From: Blasia pusilla
Lineage: Eukaryota
Assembly (NCBI GenBank): GCA_050084515.1
Contig: CM114271.1
Location: 1,178,001-1,242,000, forward strand
DNA: 64,000 bases
Reading direction: 5' to 3'
Made by a program: the position numbers and the translations under genes
Shown here: positions 49,114 through 62,611 of the stretch, piece by piece
How positions within the stretch are numbered: the stretch's first letter is position 1
Layout: each line of letters starts with the position of its first letter
Notes under the pieces: generated by a model
What the model was told of the DNA's origin: nothing
Databases searched by the model: none
What the model saw: the letters and a program-made list of their open reading frames with translations, nothing else

Positions 49114-51542
49114 AAACCCAAACGTCGATCTGCAGATCACAAAGCAGATTTGGGTTGAGAGCCAAAATCAAGGGTCCAAGGGGGACACTCTCCCTCTCTA
49201 CTCGCACAAGTCCTTGAACTAGGAACTAACCGTGATGCGTATTTGGTCATGTTTCTGGTTTGAGCTAGGGACTGCACCTTGAGGAATAAATTGACACGCT
49301 CTGTTATAGGTGAGCGAACCAGGAAGATTGGTTGAGGCTTGGGGAAGAGGCTTCCTAGGGAGACAATACGCACTTGGGGAGACTCAACTTGATTGGTGCT
49401 TGTTGTCTTCTTGATTACCTACGGAATGCTCAACCGATTGAGTATTCGGGACACAATCTAAATCTTCCATTTGCAAAGCTCAAGGTTGGGAGTGTTTCGA
49501 GGTAGTGAAGGTCGGGAGTGCTTACGGGCTCAAGGTCGGGAGCACTTCTACACTAACCTCCTTATTTCTAGAAGGCAATGTGGAGGTTTTAGAGGAAGGA
49601 TATTTTTTTTACTCTTCATGGATTCTTCCCTCCTTTAATTCAGATTTTATATTTATTTCAACATCCCTAGACCACAATTGAAATATAATGCAATGGGTAA
49701 TCCCCGAACGACTGAACAAAGAGTGTGCTACATTGTTTGAGGGAGGGTAGCAGGGCAAACAAATAGACACTTTTGACAATCTTGGGTTTCAAATGGAAAT
49801 GATCTTTTTCAAAGAATAGTTTTACTAACCCGTCATGTTTCATTAATTATCGTTGATATCATCTCTACTATTGGTCAAATTAGACTTTATAAGATTCTCT
49901 TTTTTCTTCTCCTTGTGGCCTTGTAATTCTTGACTCTATTAATCCCCCCTTCCTGCCCCATAAACAACCATCTTGCCCAGCTTACCAAAGACAATTTTGG
50001 CCAACAAAAGCTTGCCACATGACGATAGGGTCAAATTTTAAATGACCTTTCAACCCCAAATAAGGTGGCATGGGGGCATCTTATTAATTTATTTTATTCT
50101 TGCCCTATATTATTTTTCCTCTTACCAATGGGGGGGAGGCCATCTAGTCTAAGTTTGGTGGGATGGTGTCCTCATGGACGACCGTTCGCGTACTACATCT
50201 GACGGCGGGAGAGGAACCCACTTGGAAACCAGACCGACTGCGGAAAGCAGTGAGCGCTCTTTTTCAGTATCACAGTTGGTACTTCCAGTGCGAAAGAGAC
50301 ACAATAAATGCCTCTTTGAAGGCATATTCCTTGGACTGTTAGTCGAGTCCGTCAGATCAAAAGATCGACGCCTGGAATGCTATGGTAGCCTCACAACGGC
50401 TCTCGCATAGGCTCTCGCAAGATAAAAGAAGAAAATATGCCAGAATTCCACCGTCCTCGAGTCTCCCTGAGTGCCGTTGGATCCGAATCTACGATGCATG
50501 CATACCCTAATGCCCTAATCTGGAACTCCTTCGGAAGTTCAGAGGGAGGGACTCAGGGAGGGAGAGCTTTTGTACTGTAGTGACTTGGCGCACGAGGACC
50601 TTGGAGAGCCAGGGCTACAGGCTTTTGACCATCGGTCACGGAATTTGGAGGACCGACGGTAGCCTGTAGCCTTCGGAGTCACCCGATGCGCCACTGCGCC
50701 AGTCGGTCTGACTCGTTCGGGGCAAGAGCGGAAAAGAGGACAAGGCCCTCCTGTAAATGTGGAACTGATGAGTGCAGACTGCGAAGAATGAGCCAAGAAG
50801 GATTGCGACGCTGATCGAGATTCACGAATCGGGAGCACTGAGCAGGTGCGGCAATTCACCAATTTCACCGGCGTTTCTTGAGGAATAAAGTTTGTTTCAA
50901 TGGCTATTGTAGAAGGGCTAGATTAAATGATGCTTTTGTCGTTTTCTGTCAGTTTATTTTATGCTGAGCGTAGAGTCGGGAGTCGGGACTGGGACTCTCG
51001 CGCGAATGTGTTCATTGATTGATCGCTGGATCGCATCGATTGAATGCTTTCCCCATCAGCCGAGGTGTCCGGGAAGTAGGTTTTCGAGGGGTTTTCATTG
51101 AGGTTGTAGACGTGCCGCTGGGAATCGAGTGTGATTCTTTGGAGACTGCCACTGCCACTTTGGTCTGTGACTGAATTGGCTCGCCGTTCGGTCTCCCACA
51201 CTCGGTAATTGCTACTGTTGCTTCGCGCGACTCCCTTACTCCATTTACTCTTAAGTTTGCTGTGTCGATCTATCAGGCTTTTTCCCGATAGGCTTGGTTT
51301 GGCATTTTCATTCATTCCTTGCAGTGTCTTTGCCTGTCATCGCCTGGAGAGAATGGTATACTCACGTTTTGTGAGATTTCCGGACATTGTCCGTCTACAG
51401 TTCTCCGAGGTGTTTCAGTAAACAAGCTTCTGCGTTTCCTCTTACCTTAGTCCCACTAATACAGCCTGATCCCGACATTCTCACGATCATCCATTCTTGC
51501 CTGTGCAGACGACGCCGAGTGTCGCGAAGGAACTAGGAAGAA

Positions 51543-52889
51543 ATGGCAGCCGCAAATGCTGGTTTTGTCCAGGCAGCGGTGGCTCAGCTTACCTCGATAT
51601 CCAGCCCTAATGTGGGAAGCAGTTGCGAGGAAGTGAGGTCCTCGGTGACATTGAAATCCGCCATCGGCGGAAGCAAGCTAGCGGTAAGGAGTTTGACGCG
51701 TAAGGCTTCAGAATTCTCATCTCGGCCTCTTGTTACGAGATGTACCGCCACAGTTCCCACGTCTGCGTCCACGAAGTCTCCTGCGGAGTCACTCGCTGAT
51801 GGAAGAGTGTTCAACTTTGCTGCCGGTCCCGCAACTTTGCCTGCAAATGTTGTGAAGCAGGCTCAGGCTGACCTCTTTAATTACCAGGGTTCTGGTATGA
51901 GTGTCATGGAAATGAGTCATCGAGGTAAGGAGTTCATGGGCATAATCCAAAAGGCAGAGGCAGATTTGAGAGCGCTGCTGAATATACCAGAGAACTACGA
52001 CGTTCTCTTTTTGCAAGGAGGTGCTACCAGTCAATTTTCGGCCATTCCTCTCAACTTGTGCAAACCCGATGATGTGGCCGACTTTATTGTTACCGGCTCG
52101 TGGGGTGATAAGGCTTTTAAAGAAGCTGAAAAGTATTGCAAAGCGAATCTCGCATGGACCGGGAAGCCTGGAAAGTACACAATTCTTCCATCTGACAGCG
52201 AAATTAAACTCACGCCTGGGGCTAAGTATGTTCACATTTGTGCAAATGAGACCATTCATGGTGTGGAGTTCAAGGATTATCCTGACGTGGGAGATGCAAT
52301 TCTAGTCGCAGATATGTCGTCGAATTTCTGTTCCAAGCCAGTCGACGTGTCGAAATTCGGAATTATCTATGGGGGTGTGCAAAAGAATATCGGTCCAGCT
52401 GGAGTGACCATCGTAATTATCAGAAAGGATCTCATAGGATCCTCCCGACCGGAGACTCCTGTGATGTTGGATTACAAGATCCACGCCGAGAACAACTCTC
52501 TGTACAACACGCCTCCATGTTTCCCACTTTACGTTTGCGGTCTAGTATTCGACGATCTACTGGCTCAGGGTGGTTTGGAAGGGGCAGAGAGAAGGAACAT
52601 CGAGAAAGCGAAGCTGCTGTATGATTCCATTGACGGGAGTGACGGATTCTACAAGTGTCCGGTAGAGAAGTCAGTGCGCTCTCTAATGAATATTCCATTT
52701 ACCATGTCAACACCTGAACTGGAAGCCCAGTTCATTAAGGAGGCGGCTGCGCAAGGAATGGTGCAATTGAAGGGACATCGTTCTGTTGGTGGCGTGAGGG
52801 CTTCCATCTACAACGCAATGCCCAAGGCGGGAGTGGAGAAGCTCGTTGCTCACATGAAGGCATTCCAGTCCAAGCACTCATCTTCATGA
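51543..52889 (+). CDS. PSAT: Phosphoserine aminotransferase, plastid-targeted (448 aa, intronless CDS)
   Basis: Motifs [49 protein letters not shown] (PLP lysine), YNTPP and [17 protein letters not shown]. Ser/Ala/Arg-rich ~80-aa transit peptide. A likely 5'-UTR intron acceptor TGTGCAG ends at 51508. Confidence 0.97.
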   Translation: MAAANAGFVQAAVAQLTSISSPNVGSSCEEVRSSVTLKSAIGGSKLAVRSLTRKASEFSSRPLVTRCTATVPTSASTKSPAESLADGRVFNFAAGPATLPANVVKQAQADLFNYQGSGMSVMEMSHRGKEFMGIIQKAEADLRALLNIPENYDVLFLQGGATSQFSAIPLNLCKPDDVADFIVTGSWGDKAFKEAEKYCKANLAWTGKPGKYTILPSDSEIKLTPGAKYVHICANETIHGVEFKDYPDVGDAILVADMSSNFCSKPVDVSKFGIIYGGVQKNIGPAGVTIVIIRKDLIGSSRPETPVMLDYKIHAENNSLYNTPPCFPLYVCGLVFDDLLAQGGLEGAERRNIEKAKLLYDSIDGSDGFYKCPVEKSVRSLMNIPFTMSTPELEAQFIKEAAAQGMVQLKGHRSVGGVRASIYNAMPKAGVEKLVAHMKAFQSKHSSS

Positions 52890-55800
52890 TCTTGTCAGCG
52901 AATCTTCAGTCATTATCGGCTACTCAATCTCCATTCCAGTCGCTATTTTTCCACTGGAAGTTACGAATTCGGACATAGTTTTGATGTCCCGTGGCCTTTC
53001 AGGTTTCTTCCTGTTTCGCCCGAATCCGCGGAACTCGCGGGTATTTTGAGAAACTGACAGAAGAAGAGAAGAAGACTTTTATCCGTGAATCCAACAACTT
53101 GTTACGGAATAGAGGGCCAAATGTGACGCGGTTTACGGAAAGTGTACCTGGATTAGATATGGCAACGAGGCATTCAGTTTTCTCGATTGGATCGCCTATA
53201 TCGCTGAGTCTTGGACATAGTACAGCTTTCAAAGGTGGTCGTGAAGGCATGAACAGTCACTGGATACTTGTTTATTCTGGTAGATCTGCCATGATACTGG
53301 GGAAATTACCACGGTCTGTGGTACTGAAGTTACCACAGATCAGCGCACAAGAAGATGCGTGGGCTATGGTTCCTCTGAGATCCATTTTGATGGCTGGCAC
53401 AGACGTTATTCACCCCAGTGATAGTGAATAGAACTAGAAAGTAGTGAACTTGTTGCGAAAGGTCCAAGGGTTTCTTAGTAGATTTCGAGACTGGATCTGG
53501 ATGCGGAACGTTCGTAGATGTTCACGCAATCGGAAGGAGCGTTGGGTTTATCTTTCAGGACAGGAAGAGGGCGTGGAAAGTTGTTCCATGACTTTCGTAG
53601 TCGGGGAAGATGATCGAGAATGCTTGTGGTGAAGTCGGCTTTGGACCACATAACTTGTTGATTTAACATTGACGTAAAATTTGCCATTCCATTACTACGT
53701 GCCCGGAGAACACTGGACGTGCTCTTGAAGCTGTACGAAGGGTTTTATCACTTACGTCTGTAAGATGTGTTGAATATGAAGGCATGATGTGAATTCTTTC
53801 GAGCACAACTCTGGCGATATGTTAGTAGTGATGAATCAAATCTGTGGTTGTTGGAGATACGGTCGCATAGGACAAACAGTCTTGGCAGAATTGGGAGGGG
53901 CGTGTCTGTTAGAAGCCTATGTGTTAAACGTTATGTTGTGTTTCCGAAGTTGCCATCTTCAGGTACCAGGGAGTGTGATTGGCATAACTCAAGGAAGAGT
54001 TTTCCTGAACATTGCATTAATCTGCCCGAAAGCATCCACGTTTCAATCACTTCAAGCCAAATTCTTCGATTCTTCCTCTGCTGATTTTGTACCTCCTCCA
54101 TGTGTGCCTTGACAATGGACTTGCAGTTACATCCGAAGAACTAGGCGCGAGGTCCTTCACGTGCTTAAGATTCTGTGTTGTTTATTCATCTCCGTAATCG
54201 CTATTTGCTTATGATCTACTTCCTGAATATCTCTTCCGCGGAATCAATGCGCTCGGGGTACTTACTCACCTGAGTTGTGCGACGCGCCTTGGTGTCATGC
54301 GTAGAAGAACAAGTGAAATCCTCCTCATACCCATAACCGCTGTGCTTCAATCTCTGCGTCGTCAGTGTACTCCAACGTCTTCGACTCCATCTCGATTTTG
54401 CCCGTCAACCGAAATCGCGCTCTATTTCTCAAGCCTCTGAAGGTCTCGCGCTTCCTCACGAGGCTATCTCACTAGCAGGATCGCAGCAAGCCTTGGATCT
54501 CGGATCTTGGATCGTGGATAAACTGGAACAAATCTCACGTCCGCAGTCAGTGGGCAGCACAGGGGGCTCCAGATTCAAGACTAATCTTCCAAGAGTTCCG
54601 AGGGAACCGCACAGCAAACAGGTACTCTTTCCGCTCCTCATATAGAAGGCAGCCTACGATCATCCGCTCTTACTCCACCTCTCGAGCCCTATGAGAAGGG
54701 GCACCACAAGAAGGCGCCAAAGGCGGATAAAGATGCCAGGAGCCAGGACAGCATTCCAAGCTTCTGACACGAGAAGGTGCGTATCCCTCCCACCATCTCA
54801 TCCTGTACCCTCCCACCCACTCGACTCACAATCCTCGGCAGCCGAGGGAATACCGCCCTCCGCCGAGCACATCCGCGAAGCACCACAGGTTACACCTCCC
54901 TCTCCGTGCATGTCCTGAAAACCACCCCCGTCCCACACTCAGCGCAGCTTTCTCTCGCTGGACTCCCGTCCCTGCCCTCCATTCCATCCCTCCGAAACCC
55001 CACAAACTCCGGCGATCCTCGCAAACCTGACGTCCACCCTCCGATGTTCTCCCATCGCGATCGAGCTCCCCAATTCGCTCCGTCTGCGCTTCCGTACCCC
55101 GCACTCCATCCATCCAATCCAAACCCCACCAACGCTGCACACACACCGCTCTTCGCAGCAGCAGGCGGCGGTCGCGGTGGGAATGTCGGTAGATACCATC
55201 CATCCATCAGCAACAACAACAGACAGCTCTGTGAAAGGGGGTGGGGGGAGGCAGAAAGCCTCTCAGAGCAAGGAGTGGGCCCGCCCCCTCGTACGCAGGA
55301 TGACATCGGACGATCACGAAAGACAACGCCGCGAGCTTTCTGCGACAAACCTTACGCGATAAGATAAGATTAATAATTGCAAGATCCGCAAAAGAGGCGT
55401 AGTGAGAGGATGGACGGAGGAGCTCTGGTGCAGGGAGTGGCGAGGCTGGATGGATTCCTTCGCTTTAGAATGGGGTTCGTTTGCACAAGAGACAAAGTGC
55501 CGTGGAAAGCGCTAAAGCCAGCCATGAATGGATGGATGGATCTCCCGTGATCTGGATATATTGTATCCACGATGGGAGGGTCGTTCGCTCGTGGAAAGGG
55601 CATGGCAAGATGCCAGTCTAGATGTGCAAAGGGAACGAACTCGTTTTGAGGTTTATTTTATAATAAAGTGGCTTCAGGACTCGTAGATTCTTCCAAGAGT
55701 GGATAGGAAAAAACCCAAAATTGGAACGAGTGCACTTGGCTCTATGAAGGACTTGGAATAGGCCCAGCTAGGAAAATGACGAAAAGGGGGTGGGGATGGT

Positions 55801-57411
55801 AAGGTATTTTAGAAAAAAAAAGGTCACGAGTTGTTGAGAGTGGTGGAACCGACTCCAATTGCAAATCATTTGAGTTGTCATGTTAGGATCTATGGCCGCA
55901 AGGTGCTAGCTAAAGTTGCTATGAATTAGGCTACCCTAGTAACTCATGAACACTCAATGATGGTTGGAATCAATTCCATTATCAAACCATTTTGTGCCAA
56001 AACGGGTAAAGTTGGTACAAATTAGCCTACCCTACTCACTTGAACAACCAATATGGCTCCTTCACTCCATCTTGAAAGAAACCATATTAGTTTTCATGTT
56101 CGCATAAGTGCTTTCAAAATTCTTGCATGGATTCTATTTTCAAATGGCGTTGGATATGTAAGGAGTGCTAACAATTGTACCCATAGAATAGACTTGAGTT
56201 TTTGAATTTTAACAAAGAGAATCCTTTCTTTTTTTGAATAATTTCCTCAAAATTTATGTCCATTCCAAACATTGTCAAAATCTTTGGCCTACTTTTACAT
56301 AGAATCCCAACTCTTCATGAAGATTAAGTACAATCCATCACTTCTTCTTTTTTTAATGAAAGGTGGTTCTAATATATTGCAAAAAGTGCAATTCCTACAA
56401 ATTAGGCTTCCCTACACTTGAGGATGTGAACCGGTCCATTTTCAAATCGTTTTAGTTCTCATCTTAGTGTACTCCGCATCTAAATCTTGATCATATTTGG
56501 TTATCCTCCGTAAACATCAACCCTCACTGGTAGAATGAATGCCATTTTCAAACCTCTAGAGTTTTCATATCAGCATATATGCCAATCCCGTCATTTTTTT
56601 TATAAGAGAGTGTTCAGAATTTAAACTATTGTATGGGCTTCAAAGACATTCAAGAAACTCCCAAAGTCTCCCATACATATGGAAAATCCCTCATTTTCCT
56701 TTACTCACTTCTATTGATTTCACGACACTTCAAGGATTTTTAAGGAAATCCTTTCTCCCTTTTCAAATTCTCTTGGAATATTTTTGCATGCTTATTTTGA
56801 TTGTATTACATCACTAGTAATACAACCAAGAGTATATGCCCGATATATCCAAAGATGTCAAGCTTCAACTCTTTTAAGTCTAGGATGACCTAGTAGGGAG
56901 GAGGATAGCGTGTGTGAGCAAATAACCCTTGTTATGGGATCATTTTGGCTCATGTTGACCCAGTTTAGTTCAATATATAATCATTCTTAGGGCCTTCATT
57001 AACCTTTCTTGGTATGGGAAAAATCCATGGCCCTCAACTTGGGATTTGAAAGGGGATTAGTGTTCAATTAAAAATATGTGTGCACATGTTACTTAGGAAG
57101 GCCTTTAGAGGTGAAGGAGGTTGTACTCCAAGGAAAGAAAAGCTTGATCCTTTTCTTGAAGTCTTCAGATCGTGAGAAGTTCTCCTTTTCCTTATTGATG
57201 ACCTAATGTATTTGCTTGATAGAGGTATTATCCTCACTAGAGAGAGTGTTTGCAAGGTAATTGATAACACTAGAGGGAAGACTTGATATGAGAACATACC
57301 TCTTATGGGTAAAAGCATAATGTGAAGAAATCACTGAAATATGTTATAAATCTTGAAGCTACAAAATGGCCGACTCCGTCTGTGCACTTACAGAAGAGTT
57401 GAACGAGGAAA

Positions 57412-57482
57412 AAGATATTGTGAGGAACAAATATGAAGACATTATGAGGAACGATGACAAAGACATTGTGAGGAACAAAGTG
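57412..57482 (+). repeat. 24-bp tandem repeat, 3 copies, in a GAAGAC-rich degenerate repeat region
   Basis: Core AAGAYATTRTGAGGAAC repeats at 57412, 57436 and 57460. Confidence 0.75.
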
Positions 57483-57939
57483 AAGAGTTACGACCTTTCC
57501 AAACATTGTCATGAAGAAGACTACAATCTTGTGGACTTTGTACAATCTTCGTGAAGACTATATCAAGTGCAAAGAATGAAGACTAACAAGATCTTCATGA
57601 AGACTCTAGAGTCTTTGTGAAGAAAAGTGTATAAATATGAAGACCTTTCACGAAGATCTTTCTATGAAAATCTTTTGAGAAGACTTCAGTGGAAGAAAAA
57701 GACAAAAGGACTCTACAAACTATGAGGAGCAAAGACCTTTGAAGAGGACTTTTTGAGAGGTCTTCTTAAAGAAAAACACTTCGTGAAGACATATTTGGGA
57801 AAGAGAGGTATTTAGAGAAGTACATCAATTAGAGTAGGTAGAGGTGCAAGTGCGACCGCTTGATCAAATCTTTAGAAGTCAGATTTGTAGGGACTTGCTA
57901 GAGAGGCAAATAAGAAGGGATCATGGAGTTGGAAGTAGG

Positions 57940-59255
57940 TGTCGTGCGAATCCACATCGTCATACAATATACATTGCTGACATACCATACTCACATACAT
58001 ACATAACATAGATGAGAGCATCCACAAATACAAGTGTACCACAATTGAAATCCGTGAAAGACCTACTGTCATAAAACACGTATAGAATCACATACAATCG
58101 AGCCAAACCCACTCCACGATGGGAGAATCCAGGTCGAAGCTTGCGGGAACCACCATAGCCAAGAGCTCTACTCACTACCAAGGCTAACTCCCAACGTAAC
58201 AGGCTTAACTCAAAGAACTAACTGTTCTTTGAGTGCGCTCCACACTATATCCTCCAACCTAAGAGTGGGCCCTACTGGAAAAGTCACCCTCAAGTGAGGA
58301 ACCCCCAACCCTATGTATGAAACCACATCTCTACCTAGACACTACGGCCCTACATAATTTATGGCCTCTACTAGCACACTATACTCTACGACATAATCCA
58401 CCAGACAACTCCGTGATGACCAACGCCGATGCCGCACCATCACCAAATTACCACCACTAAGTAACCAAGTGACATCGATGTCGCTGTACTATTCTAGCTC
58501 TACTAGCTATGGGTGTAGGCAACCTAACCTATCGTCATCACAAGAAGCCTCCCATGGTCTACTGGTCATCACTCCAGCCTCACTACCGGTAGCACATAGG
58601 AGTAACACTATTCTAGAAATCAGCCTCAACCCTAACAATGGGCGCGCAAGCAAGAAGCAACGATGGAGGGGATCCAAACATAGGAAGTCAAACGACAACC
58701 CTCTAATTGCAAATGGAAATCAAGGTAACACAATCCACCAAACGTGGCACCCCCTGAATCCACAGAATCCACCACACAATTCTAACGCAATAGCTACTCT
58801 GCCGCGGGTCGATGACGTGCTAGTCGGACTCGCAGCACCTGAAAATATCACCTGCATGGAGAGGCTACACCGTACTATGCGCTAGAGGTCCATCAACCAA
58901 AAACCTGAGATGCATAAAGCGCCTAACACATCTCTGAAGAGCACCAAATGAGCTACACTAGTGTGTACACTGGCATAGTTAAGAACTCAGCAGTTAAGCG
59001 TCTTCCAGGCAGAATAGCCCAAAGATGGGTGACCAGTTATGCAACACTCAAATCACAAATCCTGCAAAAACAGCCTCACTCCCAAGCAAGCAAGCTTGCT
59101 TGTTTGCTCCTTTCTCCTTACTCCGCCTCTCATGCCCACTCGCCCCGAGCTACCACGAGTTGCCCCACATCTCTACCTAGACACTACGGCCCTACATAAG
59201 GTATGGCCTCTACTAGCACACTATACTCTATGACATAATCCGTATGGTCATGACA
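57940..59255. mobile_element. Probable LTR (~1.3 kb) with an internal 77-bp direct repeat
   Basis: Ends TGTCGTG...CATGACA. The C/A-rich composition contrasts sharply with the flanks. Repeat copies at 58323-58399 and 59165-59241. No TSD found. Confidence 0.5.
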
Positions 59256-59463
59256 TCCATCCCTTGTGATGAGCTCGATGGCTACCGGGACGGTAGAGAC
59301 ATCGGCTGGGGGCGAGGAGAATAGTATTTTGCATCCTTGGAATAAATGGGATGTAATGGTTGGGTATGTGGAGTTGGTTGCTCATGCTGGTGGAGGAGTT
59401 ATTTGCTCAGATGATGGTGTAGCTAAGGGTGTACCATTTTGTGAGGGGGTTGCCTAGCAGCTA

Positions 59464-60746
59464 ATGGCGTCGTCCTCTCCCTCTAGTGTGCCAGTGGAGG
59501 AGACTTGGGAGCCATTACTTGGGCCCAAGCTTATGGGAAGTGAGAAACGACGCTTGACACAATTCCTACGTGCTTTTAGGAGTTGTTTTGCCTTTAGCAT
59601 GAAGGAGTTGGGTGCTTTGGTTGGACCCGGTATACAGATTGATCTGGCTAGTGATTCGCCAATCTTCCGTCGTCCCTACCGATATAGTGATATGGAGAGG
59701 GACCTGATTCAGAGTAGGACGTTGGACCTTTTGGAGGTTGGATTAGTGGAGTTGTCATATGGAGAGTATGCATCAGCCACTGTCATGCCTGCTAAAAAGG
59801 ATGTGCATGGCAACTATACGGATAGGCAGATGTGTGGAGATTACCGTCCTATCAATCGGCAGACCAAGACCGATAGGTATGCCATGCCTACACCTGAGGA
59901 GATCTTTCATGTGGTGGGACAGGCAAAGATTTTCAGTACTTTAGATCTTCCGGAAGGATTCCATCAGTTTCCGATTCGAGAGAGTGACAAGGCCAAGAGA
60001 GCATTTTGGGGTGTCAACTCTCATGGCAAAAGGATTGTTTGTACCAGAGGAAATTCTTACCCTTTGGGTTGAAGAATGCACCTGCCGAGTTTCAGAGAGT
60101 GATGGACAGGATCCTAGCAGGGTTGGATTTTGTTCAGTGTTACATTGATGATATCTTGGTGTTCAGTAACATGGTGGAGGAGCATCAGATACATTTGCAG
60201 ATTGTGTTTGAGCGATTGAAAGCTCATGGTCTACGTTTGCATCCAAGAAAGTGTAAGTTCTTCCATGAGGATGTTGAGTACTTGGGTCATGTGATCTATC
60301 CATGTGGTTTGGGAGTTCAGCAAGCAAAGGTGGAGGCTATTGCACTTATTCCTCGTCCGGTAGATGTGAGTAGAGTTTGGGCATTCATGGGATTGGCGAA
60401 CTACTACCGGAGGTATGTGAAGGGATTTAGTGCTATGGAAAAGCCTCTGAACCAATTGTTGAAATCAGATCACGAGTGGCATTGGGGAGATGATCAGGAG
60501 AGAGCTTTTGTGGAGCTCAAGGCCTAGTTGGTGGCGGCGCCTATCTTGAGGAGACCTATCATAGGGCGCCCATTTCAGTTACATACTGATTAGAGTAGGT
60601 TGGGACTTGGAGCGGTGTTGACACAACATGATGATGACCACATGGAGTTTGTGGTGGCCTATGCAACTCGTTCGAATAATGTAGCGGAGTCGCGCTACAG
60701 TTCATATGAGGGAGAGTGCTTGGCAGTAGTGTGGGCTGTAGCACAC
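59464..60746 (+). pseudogene. Ty3/Gypsy pol fragment (RT + partial RNase H)
   Basis: RRPYRYS, CGDYRPIN, STLDL..GFHQ, LPFGLKNAPAEFQRVM, YIDDILVFS, YLGHVI, HTD*S..GLGAVL and YSSYEGECLAVVWAV. Contains a frameshift and stops. Confidence 0.92.
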
Positions 60747-62258
60747 CTGGTTGGGGACCGTGGTGCGGACAATGGTGGTTTCACACGGAGTGGATTGAGG
60801 TATCGGCTACCTTTTCCACTTCCGACGGTTGATGAAGAGGAGGACGAGGGTGTTCCAAACACCCAGTCTTCTACGTTGTTATCGAGTGTTGTAGCTTTAT
60901 TGATTTGGGACATGGACGGGATATATGGGGCCATGAAGGGCCCACGACGATACTCGGGTGCAGTGGGCATCATTGAGTTGGAGAACTTCATGCAGGAGTT
61001 TGATAGGTGGTGTGATATGCAGATGTTGCGAAACGCCACGTTGTTTACATCCTTCTTGGCTTGGAAGGGGTTGTTTCAGCACTTGGAGGGACCACCCATG
61101 GATGATTACCATGAGTTTAGGAAGGACCATGTTGTTGTGATTGAGGCATGGAGACAATATTGGTCTCCAGGCTATGTGTCTATCACCCATGGTGGTATTG
61201 GTAGTAGTGCCAGCCAGCCCGACGTTGAGTGGTACGAGTATGTGCCGGAGTGGGGGTACTAGTGGAGGTACTAGTGCCCCACCATCGTTCAGCCCGGTTG
61301 CAGAGTTCTTCAAGAGGTTGAAGAACAACTATCAGGGAGTGAAGACAGAGAAGTTGAGGAGTCTTCAGGAATTTGAGCGAAAGACTGGTGAGAGTCTTCG
61401 TGAGGCATACACTCGTATGGGACACTTGATTTCACTTACCCAAGGTGTGATTGATGCTCAGGCAGTCGAGTTTTGGTATGGGATCTTGGAAAGAGAGTTG
61501 CGCCGCAGGGTACATGATGCTACTCTTATGAGTGATGATTCACCCACATTGACCCTTGTGTGTTTGCTCTATCTAAGAAGATTGAGCTGAACATGGTGAA
61601 GGAGAGAGTGGTGACATCCGCATTCAGTAGGGATACAACTACTACTTTTCGTGTGCTCAGCAGCCCACCTCATAGTCTCATAGCAATGGTGGTGGTAGTA
61701 GTAGTGGGAGTCATGTGGGGTGCACACGACCTCAGTCAGGTCTTAGAGGGACACTTGTGCAGAGACCATTGCCTTCATTTTCTGCCCCACAGCAAGGACA
61801 GTCATATTGGATATGTGGAGGTGATCATGTTACGAGGTTTTGTCCCCAAGAGGATGGGAGGCGGACTTTGGAGGATGGGCCTTAGTCGGCCCCAACTCAA
61901 TGTGATCATTGCGGGAGACCAGGTCATCCTCGAGAGCGTTGCTTTGATCTCCATCCAAAGTTGAGATCAGGCCGCGGCCGTGGTGGAGTAGCTCCGAGGT
62001 GGTAGAGGTGGTAGGGGTGGTAGAGGTGGACCAGTGGTTGGAGAGCCTACGGTGGCTACCCCTACCACTACGACAAAGTCAGCTATGGCTTCCAGGATTG
62101 AGCAGCTGGAGGAGAAGTTGGCTACTATGGCTGGTATCCACCATAGATCAGGTTCGGAAGCAGGGGCTTCCACCTCTTATGGAGGGGATGATCTCTCTTA
62201 TATGGCGAGTGCAGCACAGGTTGAGGCATCAGCTGCAGTTACGAGAGGAGCCACTTGA
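60747..62258 (+). pseudogene. Ty3/Gypsy gag-like region with two zinc knuckles, frameshifted
   Basis: TRSG near the start, capsid-like RKTGESLREAYTRM, knuckles (Y)WICGGDHVTRFC and CDHCGRPGHPRERC (~61800-61945), and an RGG-rich tail. Confidence 0.7.
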
Positions 62259-62611
62259 GCGTCAGAGCCACGTGGTGCTACTATGGAGTTGGACCCACAA
62301 AGGGGTGAGGTGGGAGGCAAAGCTAGATTCCCAAGTCATTCTTGTTGTCTGAGGTGCTTAGGACTCCATCCATGGTTCCTACGCAGCCTATTGAGCCGAC
62401 AGTGGGGATTGAGGCATCTACATTGCGTGTAGTAGACACGGATGCAGCATCCAGTGGAGTATTGCGGATGGCAACTTCAGTGTTGGGATCCCCATTTTTT
62501 TCGGCCACGGAGCTGATGGCTTTAGGAGTTGACTTAGCTCCTGTATTTCAGCTAGTTGCCACATTGTGTGAAGATGGGGGTATTACTGCTACACGTGCTA
62601 AGGTGGATGAG

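Noticed and set aside
52991-53431. 146-aa ORF just downstream of PSAT
   Set aside because: It starts at GTG, has no recognisable domain, and lies in the probable 3' UTR.
54777-55367. 196-aa Pro-rich ORF and antisense ORFs
   Set aside because: Non-ATG start, low complexity, and open frames on both strands, as expected for GC-rich non-coding DNA.
57412-57482. Short repeats resembling a CRISPR array
   Set aside because: Eukaryotic context, contiguous 24-bp tandem units without unique spacers, and no cas genes.
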